A DNA stretch of 64,000 bases. Source: a phage. A model generated the notes under the pieces. The model did not search any database, was not told the origin of the DNA, and worked only from the letters and a program-made list of their open reading frames with translations. The stretch lies in the sequence record PZ256263.1. One strand, given 5' to 3'. Of the stretch, positions 18,936-27,181 are shown piece after piece (within the stretch, counting starts at the first letter, position 1; every line of letters starts with the position of its first letter). The translations under genes and the position numbers were made by a program.

Positions 18936-19211
18936 ATGTCTAAAGTAATTAAGTTTTATAGTGATCAGTGTGCTCCATGTAAAGCAATGGCTCCTACCTT
19001 TGAGAAGGTTGTTAAGGAGTTTGATGTAGAAGTGGAAGAGATTAACATCCTTGAAGGTGATGGTCGTGAACAAGCTGTTAAGTATGGTGTACGAAGTATC
19101 CCTGCTTTCGTTGTGCCTGACCGTAACAGTGGTGCACACTACAGCCTCTCCGGTATGCAGACTGAAGCAAACCTGAAAGCATTTTTGGACACAGCCCTGA
19201 GAAATAAGTAA
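18936..19211 (+). CDS. thioredoxin-like protein
   Basis: Track ORF 91 aa; CAPC active-site motif near the N-terminus. Confidence 0.7.
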   Translation: MSKVIKFYSDQCAPCKAMAPTFEKVVKEFDVEVEEINILEGDGREQAVKYGVRSIPAFVVPDRNSGAHYSLSGMQTEANLKAFLDTALRNK

Positions 19212-19226
19212 TAAGGATATTCACGG

Positions 19227-19883
19227 ATGAATGAACAACTACAAGCAACATTAATTGAAGCTATGGGAAGTGATCGTAGCGTAGTAAACGCAGCTCGAGT
19301 TTCCTTTGGCGTAACCCGTGAAGGTGATTTAAATGAACGTGATGAACGTCTCATCAACTTTCTCGCAAGAGAGAAGCATGTTACCCCATTCCGACACCCG
19401 CAAGTCAGTTTCCGATGCAAAGCACCTATTGCAATTGCGAGACAGTTGGGCAAGCATCAGGTTGGATTCTCGTGGAACGAAATGTCCCGGCGGTATAAAG
19501 ATGGAGCAGTTGAAGTCTTCATCCCTAAAGAGATTTTTGCGAGACCTTCGGACCTCCATGCAGGTTCAGGGGTTCAACTCATCGACGGAGAGCGAGCTGA
19601 AGCATTAATGCTGATTAACGATTCATATGAAGCTTCTCTAGCAGCATATGACAAGTTGATTGAATTTATTGCACCAGAGCAAGCTCGATTTGTTCTTCCT
19701 CAGGGGATGATCACTGAGTGGGTGTGGACCGGTTCTTTGTATGGCTGGTTTGAGTTGTGTCGTCAGCGACTCTCCTCTCACGCTCAATATGAAGTTCGAG
19801 TGTTTGCTAAATCTCTAGATGAAGAGATGGCTAAGCTCTACCCAATCTCGTGGGCAGCTCTGAAGAAAACTTTGGAGAGTTAA
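19227..19883 (+). CDS. thyX: flavin-dependent thymidylate synthase
   Basis: Track ORF 218 aa; NAARVSFG ... QLGKHQVGFSWNEMSRRY matches the ThyX signature, with KHQ where RHR is usual. Confidence 0.75.
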   Translation: MNEQLQATLIEAMGSDRSVVNAARVSFGVTREGDLNERDERLINFLAREKHVTPFRHPQVSFRCKAPIAIARQLGKHQVGFSWNEMSRRYKDGAVEVFIPKEIFARPSDLHAGSGVQLIDGERAEALMLINDSYEASLAAYDKLIEFIAPEQARFVLPQGMITEWVWTGSLYGWFELCRQRLSSHAQYEVRVFAKSLDEEMAKLYPISWAALKKTLES

Positions 19884-19899
19884 TATCAGAGGCTTTCTG

Positions 19900-20133
19900 A
19901 TGAAAATCAAACATATTACAGATATTCAGGAGGCATTTAGAATGCTTCCTCGAAGAGAGAAGGATAAGATTAAAAAGCTTATTCAAGTTTATGGTCATAC
20001 ATCTAAAGATGATGTAGACTATATGCCTTCTACTTTCGTAGAGTGTGGGATTGCTCGCGGTTTCACATTCGACCATAAAGTGTTTCAGCAATTCGTTGAC
20101 CACTGGAGAAAAGATGGAAAAGAAAGTCTGTAG
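19900..20133 (+). CDS. hypothetical protein
   Basis: Track ORF 77 aa. Confidence 0.45.
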   Translation: MKIKHITDIQEAFRMLPRREKDKIKKLIQVYGHTSKDDVDYMPSTFVECGIARGFTFDHKVFQQFVDHWRKDGKESL

Positions 20134-20299
20134 CTTCTGTAAGAAAGAGAAGCCTATCATCAATTTTAAGCCCAATCCTGTGACTGGTTTGTCTCATGTT
20201 ATGTGCCACTCCTGTAGGACATACCTTGAAATAAAACACACTATCAATAGGTTGCATTATTATCACCCAACAACATTCAAATTTAAGGTTGTGAAATGA
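20114..20299 (+). CDS. small Cys-rich zinc-ribbon-like protein
   Basis: Internal ATG (residue 24 of track ORF 20045) preceded by GGAGAA; MEKKVCSFCKKEK...MCHSCRTYLE has two CxxC pairs. Confidence 0.4.
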   Translation: MEKKVCSFCKKEKPIINFKPNPVTGLSHVMCHSCRTYLEIKHTINRLHYYHPTTFKFKVVK

Positions 20300-20499
20300 A
20301 AACTTTGTGGACTCTTGACTGCCAAGACGATGACGGAGAGCGTTGGACTTGGAAATATTTCCTAGGGAAACCGACACCTGATAACCCTGCTTTGGATTGT
20401 GCTTCATATGAAGACGCCAAGAAATTGGTAAACGGAGAGAAAGTTTGGTCTCCGGATAATGAAGTTATGTACTTTTTAACAGAACGGAAATTTTCATAA
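20296..20499 (+). CDS. hypothetical protein
   Basis: Track ORF 67 aa; overlapping stop/start on both sides. Confidence 0.45.
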   Translation: MKTLWTLDCQDDDGERWTWKYFLGKPTPDNPALDCASYEDAKKLVNGEKVWSPDNEVMYFLTERKFS

Positions 20500-20828
20500 T
20501 GATCGATGGTAATACATTTAGGACTTCAAATGGAAGTGAAATAAGTCCCGCTGAAGTAATCAATCGGCATAGAAGGCAATTGATCATCCATTCCTATTTG
20601 TATTACTGGTTGGATGACCCTATCTGGTCTGATGATAAATGGCAACAAGTTGCTAATGATTTGGTTGAGTTGCAAGCCTTATATCAAGAGCCTACCGGAG
20701 TCTTTGACAATGAGTTCAAAGATTGGGATGGTTCTACAGGAATGCATCTCCCACACAACGAGGCTGTTGCTTGTATGGCGACAGCTGTTTACAGGATTCA
20801 TAAAGATATGAACCATGAAGTGCTCTAA
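20499..20828 (+). CDS. stand-alone protein resembling domain Ia of NAD-dependent DNA ligase
   Basis: Track ORF 109 aa; RRQLIIHSYLYYWLDDPIWSDDKWQQVANDLVELQ resembles the LigA N-terminal Ia helix pair. Confidence 0.45.
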   Translation: MIDGNTFRTSNGSEISPAEVINRHRRQLIIHSYLYYWLDDPIWSDDKWQQVANDLVELQALYQEPTGVFDNEFKDWDGSTGMHLPHNEAVACMATAVYRIHKDMNHEVL

Positions 20829-21000
20829 ATGTGAAGGAACAAACCTTCATTTAAGTAATAAGGTTATCAGAGAGCTTGCCAAAGGCTCTCCAACCAAAGG
20901 GAAGAACAAACGATTTACTAACGTCAGGGTTTATACAGCAATCTGTAAAGACTGCTTAACTACTGAGTGTCATTACGAAGAAATTGGAGAGCGTAAATGA
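20815..21000 (+). CDS. small zinc-ribbon protein
   Basis: Track ORF 61 aa; CSKCEG ... CKDCLTTEC. Confidence 0.45.
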   Translation: MKCSKCEGTNLHLSNKVIRELAKGSPTKGKNKRFTNVRVYTAICKDCLTTECHYEEIGERK

Positions 21001-21734
21001 GTCGTCGTCAATCACGGAAAGAATCACGGAAAGACCTTCGTCGGGAAGCACTTGTCACTCGTAAGGGTAAGCGAGAGTTTGAAGAGGTGGTTTTAGCAAA
21101 GCCTGTAGTCCCTCAGAACCAGTTTCAGTCTGAGCTACTCAATGCTATTAAGACTAAACAAGTTGTGTTCACAGACGCTCCTGCGGGCTGTGGTAAGACC
21201 TTTGTAATCACTTCCACAGTTATTGATGCACTGAAGAGTGGTAAGATTCAGAAGATCATTCTGAGTCGTCCTTCAGTTGGTATGGGCAATTCTCTTGGGT
21301 TGCTTCCGGGAGGGATGCGTGAGAAGTTTGAACCTTACCTGATGCCTATCATTGATGTTATTACTCAGCGATATGGTAAGGGGTTCTATGAATGCCAGCT
21401 CGGTAACAGTAACATTGAGTTCGTACCTCTGGAATATCTCCGTGGTCGTTCTTTCAATGATGCTATTGTTATTGTTGATGAGTTCCAGAACACAACTAAA
21501 GATGAAGCCTTCTCAATCATGACTCGATTGGGAGAAACCTCTCAGCTGTTCTGCATGGGTGATACTAACCAGCATGATATGCGTGGTCGTGAGAGTGGTC
21601 TTACTTGGGCTACTAACTTTATTGATGAACATGATCTGTATGAGTTCGCTGAGATTGTAGACGGAGAATCAGATGACATTGTTCGTTCTGGTTTTTGTAA
21701 GGCGATTGTTAAAGCAATGGAAAAGAAAGCTTAA
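20997..21734 (+). CDS. phoH: PhoH-like ATPase
   Basis: Track ORF 245 aa; Walker A DAPAGCGKTF, Walker B IVIVDEFQN. Confidence 0.75.
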   Translation: MSRRQSRKESRKDLRREALVTRKGKREFEEVVLAKPVVPQNQFQSELLNAIKTKQVVFTDAPAGCGKTFVITSTVIDALKSGKIQKIILSRPSVGMGNSLGLLPGGMREKFEPYLMPIIDVITQRYGKGFYECQLGNSNIEFVPLEYLRGRSFNDAIVIVDEFQNTTKDEAFSIMTRLGETSQLFCMGDTNQHDMRGRESGLTWATNFIDEHDLYEFAEIVDGESDDIVRSGFCKAIVKAMEKKA

Positions 21735-21745
21735 ATAGTAACTTA

Positions 21746-21754
21746 TAATGTATA
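21746..21754 (+). promoter_or_regulatory. TAATGTATA motif, candidate phage-sigma-dependent promoter
   Basis: Exact TAATGTATA 12 nt after phoH stop, about 24 nt upstream of AAGGAG and the ATG at 21791; a second degenerate copy TAATGTACA follows. Confidence 0.5.
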
Positions 21755-21790
21755 CTCCTTAATGTACACTGATATATTAAGGAGTTTTAA

Positions 21791-22105
21791 ATGGCAGACC
21801 ATGTAGGAAAGAGAGATTATGCACAAGAAAGACGTACCGCAATTGCCCGTGGTGAGACAGGCGTTGGGAGCAAGAGCGGAGATGCTCAGCGCCACCGTGC
21901 ACGTCGCATCGTTGAAAAGCGCGATGGAAAAGCTGCTGTCAGAGGTAAAGATGTTGGACACAAACGAGCTGTCAAGTCTGGAGGCTCTAATGCGTCAAGC
22001 AACTTACGTGTTGAATCAGTCAGCTCAAACCGTTCAAACGGCGGCAAAAGTGGTGATCGAGCTGGAAAAGCAGCTGGAGCACGCAAAGGAGCTTTAAGCT
22101 CATAA
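21791..22105 (+). CDS. basic Gly/Arg/Lys/Ser-rich low-complexity protein
   Basis: Track ORF 104 aa with strong SD AAGGAG; first codon positions G-rich and third positions A/T-rich, favouring this frame over the overlapping ORF 21819-22097. Confidence 0.45.
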   Translation: MADHVGKRDYAQERRTAIARGETGVGSKSGDAQRHRARRIVEKRDGKAAVRGKDVGHKRAVKSGGSNASSNLRVESVSSNRSNGGKSGDRAGKAAGARKGALSS

Positions 22106-22115
22106 AGAGGTTATA

Positions 22116-22409
22116 GTGTCAGCAGAAACAAAAAGATGTACAATTCACACTTATTGTAAATTCTGTAAAGCAGAGGGTGTAAAAAGAGTTGCAACTTTAA
22201 TGACCAAGTATTCTCCAAGTAGAGGATACAGGGACCACTATAAGCACTACTCTTGTAGTGATCACTCCCATCTATTAGAAGATACAGACCCGAATAGAAC
22301 AAGGAGAGAGCATAACATCGATCTGAGAGCTACTCTCAAGGAAATGAAAAATAACTCTCGGAACAACCATTACACTGAAGCTGACTATCAAACTTGGCTT
22401 CGTCTCTAG
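22116..22409 (+). CDS. Cys/His-rich putative zinc-binding protein
   Basis: Track ORF 97 aa (GTG start, AAGAGG upstream); CTIHTYCKFCK ... HYSCSDHSH. Confidence 0.5.
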   Translation: MSAETKRCTIHTYCKFCKAEGVKRVATLMTKYSPSRGYRDHYKHYSCSDHSHLLEDTDPNRTRREHNIDLRATLKEMKNNSRNNHYTEADYQTWLRL

Positions 22410-22413
22410 AACA

Positions 22414-22446
22414 AAGGCTGCCTAATCAGGTGGCCTTTTCTTTTTT
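22414..22446 (+). terminator. rho-independent terminator
   Basis: 9-bp stem aaggctgcc/ggtggcctt with 6-nt loop followed by tttcttttttat, immediately after ORF 22116-22409. Confidence 0.65.
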
Positions 22447-22478
22447 ATAAACCAAATTAAACTTCTTAGGTAATAAAT

Positions 22479-22733
22479 ATGTCTATTGTAAAAATCGTAA
22501 ATATCATTGATGTAACTCGTACCGGTAAGACTATCAGTTGGAAATTCACCAATAAGCATAGAGGTTCAGAGAACATCATTCGTTATATGATTCAACAAAA
22601 CCCAAATACAGCTCGCACTAACGTACTCCTTCGAGGAGCTGATGGAAAATTTATTTCTTATAAGAATAAGAACGTAGAAAAATCTTTCCGTGTTGCAGTA
22701 GAAAACCTCATCCCATTCCCTAAAGGAGTTTAA
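22479..22733 (+). CDS. small protein, tandem paralog family C (1 of 2)
   Basis: Track ORF 84 aa; TARTNVLLRGADGKFISYKNKN...ENLIPFPKG. Confidence 0.55.
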   Translation: MSIVKIVNIIDVTRTGKTISWKFTNKHRGSENIIRYMIQQNPNTARTNVLLRGADGKFISYKNKNVEKSFRVAVENLIPFPKGV

Positions 22734-22734
22734 T

Positions 22735-23019
22735 ATGAATAAGTTAGCTATGGTTCAGATTCGAGACACATACCCTAATCGCCCAGAACAGAAACCACGT
22801 ACTTGGTCTTACCTACTAGCTGAGAGTAAGACTATTGACAACTTCTCTGTAGGGATTGATACTATCCCGACCAGTATCACTTTGCTTCCTCACAAAACAG
22901 CCAGAACTCATGTGATGTTACGAGACAGCAAAGGTAAATTTATCTCTTATCGTGATTCACGAATCAATAATGAGATTAAATCTGCTATGGAATTTTTGAT
23001 GCCATTCCCAAGAGGTTGA
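22735..23019 (+). CDS. small protein, tandem paralog family C (2 of 2)
   Basis: Track ORF 94 aa; TARTHVMLRDSKGKFISYRDSR...EFLMPFPRG. Confidence 0.55.
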   Translation: MNKLAMVQIRDTYPNRPEQKPRTWSYLLAESKTIDNFSVGIDTIPTSITLLPHKTARTHVMLRDSKGKFISYRDSRINNEIKSAMEFLMPFPRG

Positions 23020-23022
23020 GCG

Positions 23023-23181
23023 ATGAAAGAATACATTTATGTAGGACAGCGCTGGTTCGGTGATGAATGGGAAGGTGGATATAGCGTTGTGAAAGCTTTT
23101 AAGTCTGAGGAAGATGCCAAGGCATGGGTCTTAAAAGATGACGTTGGCGAGAGAACTTATATTGAAGTCGAGGTAGAGTAG
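23023..23181 (+). CDS. small hypothetical protein (52 aa)
   Basis: ATG 4 nt after upstream stop; MKEYIYVGQRWFGDEWEGGYSVVKAF...; stop 1 nt before next start. Confidence 0.35.
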   Translation: MKEYIYVGQRWFGDEWEGGYSVVKAFKSEEDAKAWVLKDDVGERTYIEVEVE

Positions 23182-23182
23182 G

Positions 23183-23605
23183 ATGCCATTACCAGCTAGA
23201 CATCAAAACCGTTTCCTAGTTCTCAAGTGGGATGATATCGAAATGAATCTCACTGAACACGAACTTGATTTGTTCCATGAACTACTGTCAGAGATTCGCT
23301 CTGGTATCCCTGATCGTCAGTATGTAGTTATCAGTGATAAGCACCCTCAAGAGTTTGAAGAAGCTTGGGGTATGAAGCTGGCTTATATTCAGAGAGCTAT
23401 TCGAGAAAGAGAAGAAGTCGCTAACCAAAGGGTTGTGGCTCATTTAGTACGAGAGCAACCTCGTGAAGCTAGGGCTAACCATGCACCACCCCCACCCCCT
23501 CCTTGGACAGTTGTCAACGGGACAGTTAGGGCTTACAGTGATGAAGCTACCATGTTAGATGTAGTAGAAGACAACCAAGCATTTACAGATTTACTTTACC
23601 AATAA
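23183..23605 (+). CDS. hypothetical protein with poly-Pro tract
   Basis: Track ORF 140 aa; HAPPPPPPWT. Confidence 0.5.
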   Translation: MPLPARHQNRFLVLKWDDIEMNLTEHELDLFHELLSEIRSGIPDRQYVVISDKHPQEFEEAWGMKLAYIQRAIREREEVANQRVVAHLVREQPREARANHAPPPPPPWTVVNGTVRAYSDEATMLDVVEDNQAFTDLLYQ

Positions 23606-23621
23606 TTTAAAGGAGTATAAA

Positions 23622-25466
23622 GTGAGCAACCCGGACGCTCTCCCATTTTTGACAGAGATGACTGTCGCTGATATAATCTCTAAGCAAGCAAAGCACGGAG
23701 TGAGTTTCAACCGAAGAAATGCTCGGTGGTATGTTCACCTCCTTAAAGAGATTATTGTTAATATTGACAAAGAACTGATTCCTCTCTTACCTAAGATGAG
23801 ATTAGATGGCTCAACTTATATGAAGCCGTTTAAGAAGTCTGGAGCTTTACAGAAGTGGCCTCAAGCCTATTGCGATAGAGTTGGCCTCAAGAGAGAAGAC
23901 ATTGGTGGAGCATTCACCTGTGTCGAGTACGTAGACTTTGACCCATCGAAAGATGCACGAGTTAAAGAAGCCCTTATGGATGAGGGTTTTCTTCCTCCAG
24001 AGTTTAACGTATCTAAAAAGCCTTGGAACACTTTCGAAATTAAGAAAGACATGCGAAAGTATGGAACATACCAAGCATGGTACACCGCTTGGATGCGAGG
24101 CAATGCTAAACAGAAACAGACAGCCGAGATGGTTGACGCTGATATTAAGAAGTTCTTAGAGAAACACTTTAGGTTCAAGACTAAGAACTACATGAAGGCT
24201 TATGTGTTTGGTTTGGGATTAAACCCTAACCGACGTAACCCTGTAACATTTGACGAGATTAAGAAAGCACTAGCTACCTCAAACAAGTGGCCTACAGCTC
24301 CTACAAACCTCGAGGAGACTCTTGAAGAAGGGTTAGGGGGTGAGCTAGGGAGTGTCGGAAGTTTGCTTAAGAGACGTGTTGTAGCGGCTCACAGGCTAGG
24401 TCTTATTAGTGGACTTATAGCAAAGGAGCGCGAAGATGGTAAACTTTCGGCAGAAGCTAACAGCTGCGCTACGCCGACTTTTCGATTCAAACATCGTATC
24501 GTGGTTAATATTCCCTCCCGTGGTTTGTTTGGTCATGAGTGTCGCAGTTTGTTTGAGTCTGACTATAACTCAGATGATGATCACTCTCGTCCTTTCGTTA
24601 TTACTAACGTTGTTCCTGATGGTTGTTATATACGAAAAGGTACTAACGTAATTTATGAAAAAGGTAAGCCGGGGAAGAAAGATAAGCCTGTAGGTGCTTA
24701 CAAATATTACATACCCGCTGGTAAAGAAGTATTCTTAGGGTATGATGGTTCTGGATTAGAGTTGCGTATGCTTGCACACTACCTCATTAAAGAGTGTAGA
24801 GATATGCTTGCTGAAGCAATAGAAGAAAACAATCCAGCTAAGAAAGCTCTGGCAGAACGTGGTTTAGCTTCTGCTATTATGTATCGTGATATTCTCCTTG
24901 AAGGTGATATCCACTCTCACAACCAGAAACTTGCTGGTCTTCCTACTCGTGACAACGCTAAGACATTTATCTACGCATTCAACTATGGTGCTGGTGATGC
25001 TAAGCTCGGTTCAATTGTAGGTGGTGGGGCTGACGAAGGTTCAGTGATGCGAGCACGTTTCTTGGCAGAGAACCCGTGTATTGCAATCCTCATTGATCGT
25101 ATGACAGAGAAAGCTGCTCAAGGATACTTGATTGGTGTTGATGGTCGTAAGATTACAATGAGACGGGATGCCACTGGTAAGGTTATGGTTCATAAAGCAC
25201 TTAACACCCTCCTGCAATGTGCTGGTGCTGTTGTTATGAAATATGCTATGATGTTCCTTAACAAGTGGATTGAGAGAGATGGGGTTCGTTGTGCTAAGGT
25301 AATTGATATGCACGATGAGGGCCAGTTCTCAGTGAACCGTAATGATGTACAGAAACTCAAAGAACACACCGAGCTTTGTGTTAAGAAGGCTGGTGAGTAT
25401 TTGAACATGGAATGTCCTCTGGCATCTGATTGTCAGATTGGACTTAACTGGATGCATACACACTAA
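23622..25466 (+). CDS. DNA polymerase, family A polymerase domain (T7 gp5-like), lacking the 3'-5' exonuclease motifs
   Basis: Track ORF 614 aa (GTG start, AGGAG upstream); motif A GYDGSGLELRMLAHY, motif B RDNAKTFIYAFNYGAGDAKLG, motif C HDEGQF, C-terminal GLNWMHTH. Confidence 0.9.
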   Translation: MSNPDALPFLTEMTVADIISKQAKHGVSFNRRNARWYVHLLKEIIVNIDKELIPLLPKMRLDGSTYMKPFKKSGALQKWPQAYCDRVGLKREDIGGAFTCVEYVDFDPSKDARVKEALMDEGFLPPEFNVSKKPWNTFEIKKDMRKYGTYQAWYTAWMRGNAKQKQTAEMVDADIKKFLEKHFRFKTKNYMKAYVFGLGLNPNRRNPVTFDEIKKALATSNKWPTAPTNLEETLEEGLGGELGSVGSLLKRRVVAAHRLGLISGLIAKEREDGKLSAEANSCATPTFRFKHRIVVNIPSRGLFGHECRSLFESDYNSDDDHSRPFVITNVVPDGCYIRKGTNVIYEKGKPGKKDKPVGAYKYYIPAGKEVFLGYDGSGLELRMLAHYLIKECRDMLAEAIEENNPAKKALAERGLASAIMYRDILLEGDIHSHNQKLAGLPTRDNAKTFIYAFNYGAGDAKLGSIVGGGADEGSVMRARFLAENPCIAILIDRMTEKAAQGYLIGVDGRKITMRRDATGKVMVHKALNTLLQCAGAVVMKYAMMFLNKWIERDGVRCAKVIDMHDEGQFSVNRNDVQKLKEHTELCVKKAGEYLNMECPLASDCQIGLNWMHTH

Positions 25467-25472
25467 AGGTGA

Positions 25473-25841
25473 GTGATGAGAGAAACCAATATCATCTACA
25501 GAACATTGAGATGTTTAGCTAAAGAGAGGGGGATGGAGGATTTCCTCCTCCAATATTATGAAATAGCTAAGACTGGAATTTATCCAAAATGGTTTAGTGA
25601 AGATCAAGGATTATGCTTCAACTTCCGCTGTTATAAGAGATATTATTATTTCACAAAGCATTTAGATATTGACGACATGAAGAATATGTTTAATCAAGAA
25701 GAGTTCTTTGACCCAACATATCCCTTCGGATGTGATCAATATTTTAGAGATAGAGACAACGGGGCACATCATAAGAATCCAAAACGACGGGCTTGGATTA
25801 AAAATACACTGAAAACTCTATATAGTATTGAGGTTGAGTGA
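25473..25841 (+). CDS. hypothetical protein
   Basis: Track ORF 122 aa. Confidence 0.5.
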   Translation: MMRETNIIYRTLRCLAKERGMEDFLLQYYEIAKTGIYPKWFSEDQGLCFNFRCYKRYYYFTKHLDIDDMKNMFNQEEFFDPTYPFGCDQYFRDRDNGAHHKNPKRRAWIKNTLKTLYSIEVE

Positions 25842-26032
25842 TGAGTATTAAGGGTTATTATGAATCTTGGGCCGTCTTCAGTGGTGGCTCCACTCTCGTA
25901 GCATTAAATGGTCAACTGTGTATCTTTGAGACAGAGAACTTAGCAATAACCAAAGCAGCAGAGCTAGTTCGAAAGTTTCCAAACAAGACATTCACAGTTA
26001 AAAGGATAGAAGTACCTGCATTGGTAGAGTGA
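25838..26032 (+). CDS. hypothetical protein
   Basis: Track ORF 64 aa. Confidence 0.45.
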   Translation: MMSIKGYYESWAVFSGGSTLVALNGQLCIFETENLAITKAAELVRKFPNKTFTVKRIEVPALVE

Positions 26033-26087
26033 ATAAATAAGACGAATGAACTATTCTTATTGATTGGTTCGTAACAAGGAGATTGAA

Positions 26088-26216
26088 GTGGAAGAGATGC
26101 CATCGGATTGGTGTTATCGTCAGAGCGCCATCTGTAATGAACAAGGTCGTCCTGATGAGGCTGAGTTCTATCTAGAGCTAGCCGAACTGTGGAAAGAGCG
26201 AGAGGAGAAAGAGTGA
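26088..26216 (+). CDS. small hypothetical protein (42 aa)
   Basis: GTG 7 nt after AAGGA; (V)EEMPSDWCYRQSAICNEQGRPDEAEFYLELAELWKEREEKE; stop overlaps next ATG. Confidence 0.3.
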   Translation: MEEMPSDWCYRQSAICNEQGRPDEAEFYLELAELWKEREEKE

Positions 26217-26383
26217 TGGAAGGTATTTACCGTAAACCACCTCCGAAATACAACATCCTTTATACTGATACAACAGGTGAGTTTAGAAGTGTGTTAGTTT
26301 ACACGGATGAAGAACGAAACCGAATGGTTGCTGCTATTGAAGCCAATGGTGGTACAATCATGCGAATTTATAACATAACATAA
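26216..26383 (+). CDS. small hypothetical protein (55 aa)
   Basis: Internal ATG of track ORF 26189 coupled to upstream stop (TGATG). Confidence 0.35.
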   Translation: MEGIYRKPPPKYNILYTDTTGEFRSVLVYTDEERNRMVAAIEANGGTIMRIYNIT

Positions 26384-26392
26384 GGAATATCA

Positions 26393-26569
26393 ATGACTGC
26401 TTCTGAATTAAAAGAAACCCTGTCCACTGAAGAAGGTAAAGCTTTCTTCTTATCTCAAGTACACTCTATGGGTAAAGATGCCCTTCGCCAAGCAGTCGTT
26501 GAGCTTACTGGTGTAGTGATTGACTTGAGTATCGAAAATGAAGCACTTGAAGCTAAAGTGACCGACTAA
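26393..26569 (+). CDS. small hypothetical protein (58 aa)
   Basis: ATG with AAGGAA upstream; MTASELKETLSTEEGKAFFLSQVH...; followed by terminator. Confidence 0.4.
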   Translation: MTASELKETLSTEEGKAFFLSQVHSMGKDALRQAVVELTGVVIDLSIENEALEAKVTD

Positions 26570-26575
26570 ATAAAG

Positions 26576-26599
26576 AGCTGCCTTAGGGCGGCTTTTCTT
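26576..26599 (+). terminator. rho-independent terminator
   Basis: 7-bp stem agctgcc/ggcggct (one G-U) with ttag loop followed by tttcttg. Confidence 0.5.
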
Positions 26600-26615
26600 G
26601 TCTAAAGGATTTGAC

Positions 26616-27008
26616 ATGAATATTGGTTTAGATTATGATGACACTTACACAGCAGATAGACGTCTGTGGAGAGATGTGATAGGCTTGATGAAAGAGTATG
26701 GACATGATGTAAGATTCGTGACTTTCCGTTTCTCAGAGCCTAATGGTTATGATAACGTGGGTATCTTATATGATGCAGAGACTCTGCAAATACCTGTCAT
26801 CTTTTGCAATGGCGTTCAGAAAGATGACGTGTGTCGTCAGTTAGGTTTCTTTGTAGATATCTGGATTGACGACTTCCCTGTTGGAATCCCTAAGAAAGAC
26901 CACCTAGATGGGATGCTGAAGGGCGTAAGACTTAATGACCTTAGAGCAGCACCCCCTGTAGAAATAGCCGCTCCTGTGTACTCTGAAGAGCCTCTGGTGA
27001 TTCGATGA
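26616..27008 (+). CDS. HAD-superfamily phosphatase-like protein (putative nucleotidase)
   Basis: Internal ATG of track ORF 26598 with AAAGGA upstream; N-terminal IGLDYDDT (DxDxT) and C-terminal VDIWIDD. Confidence 0.5.
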   Translation: MNIGLDYDDTYTADRRLWRDVIGLMKEYGHDVRFVTFRFSEPNGYDNVGILYDAETLQIPVIFCNGVQKDDVCRQLGFFVDIWIDDFPVGIPKKDHLDGMLKGVRLNDLRAAPPVEIAAPVYSEEPLVIR

Positions 27009-27181
27009 AGAAGATAATCCTTTGGGCTTTAGGTATAGCTCTATTCCTGTATCTGATTGATATCGGAGGAGATGCCAGTAGAGAAGACTGTGAAGTTAGG
27101 TTGTCTCAGGAATTTAAGTCAGAGACAAAGTGGGTTAACGGTCGATGCTATGTAAAAGATTGGGGAAGAACTTCTCGATGA
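27005..27181 (+). CDS. small secreted/membrane protein (58 aa)
   Basis: ATGA overlap with upstream stop; MKKIILWALGIALFLYLIDIGG... hydrophobic N-terminus; stop overlaps next ATG. Confidence 0.35.
   Translation: MKKIILWALGIALFLYLIDIGGDASREDCEVRLSQEFKSETKWVNGRCYVKDWGRTSR

Noticed and set aside
21819-22097. Alternative-frame 92-aa ORF overlapping the Gly/Arg-rich gene
   Set aside because: Weak and mis-spaced ribosome-binding site; its third codon positions are G/C-rich (they are the first positions of the other frame), so it is most likely a by-product of the GC-rich 21791 frame.
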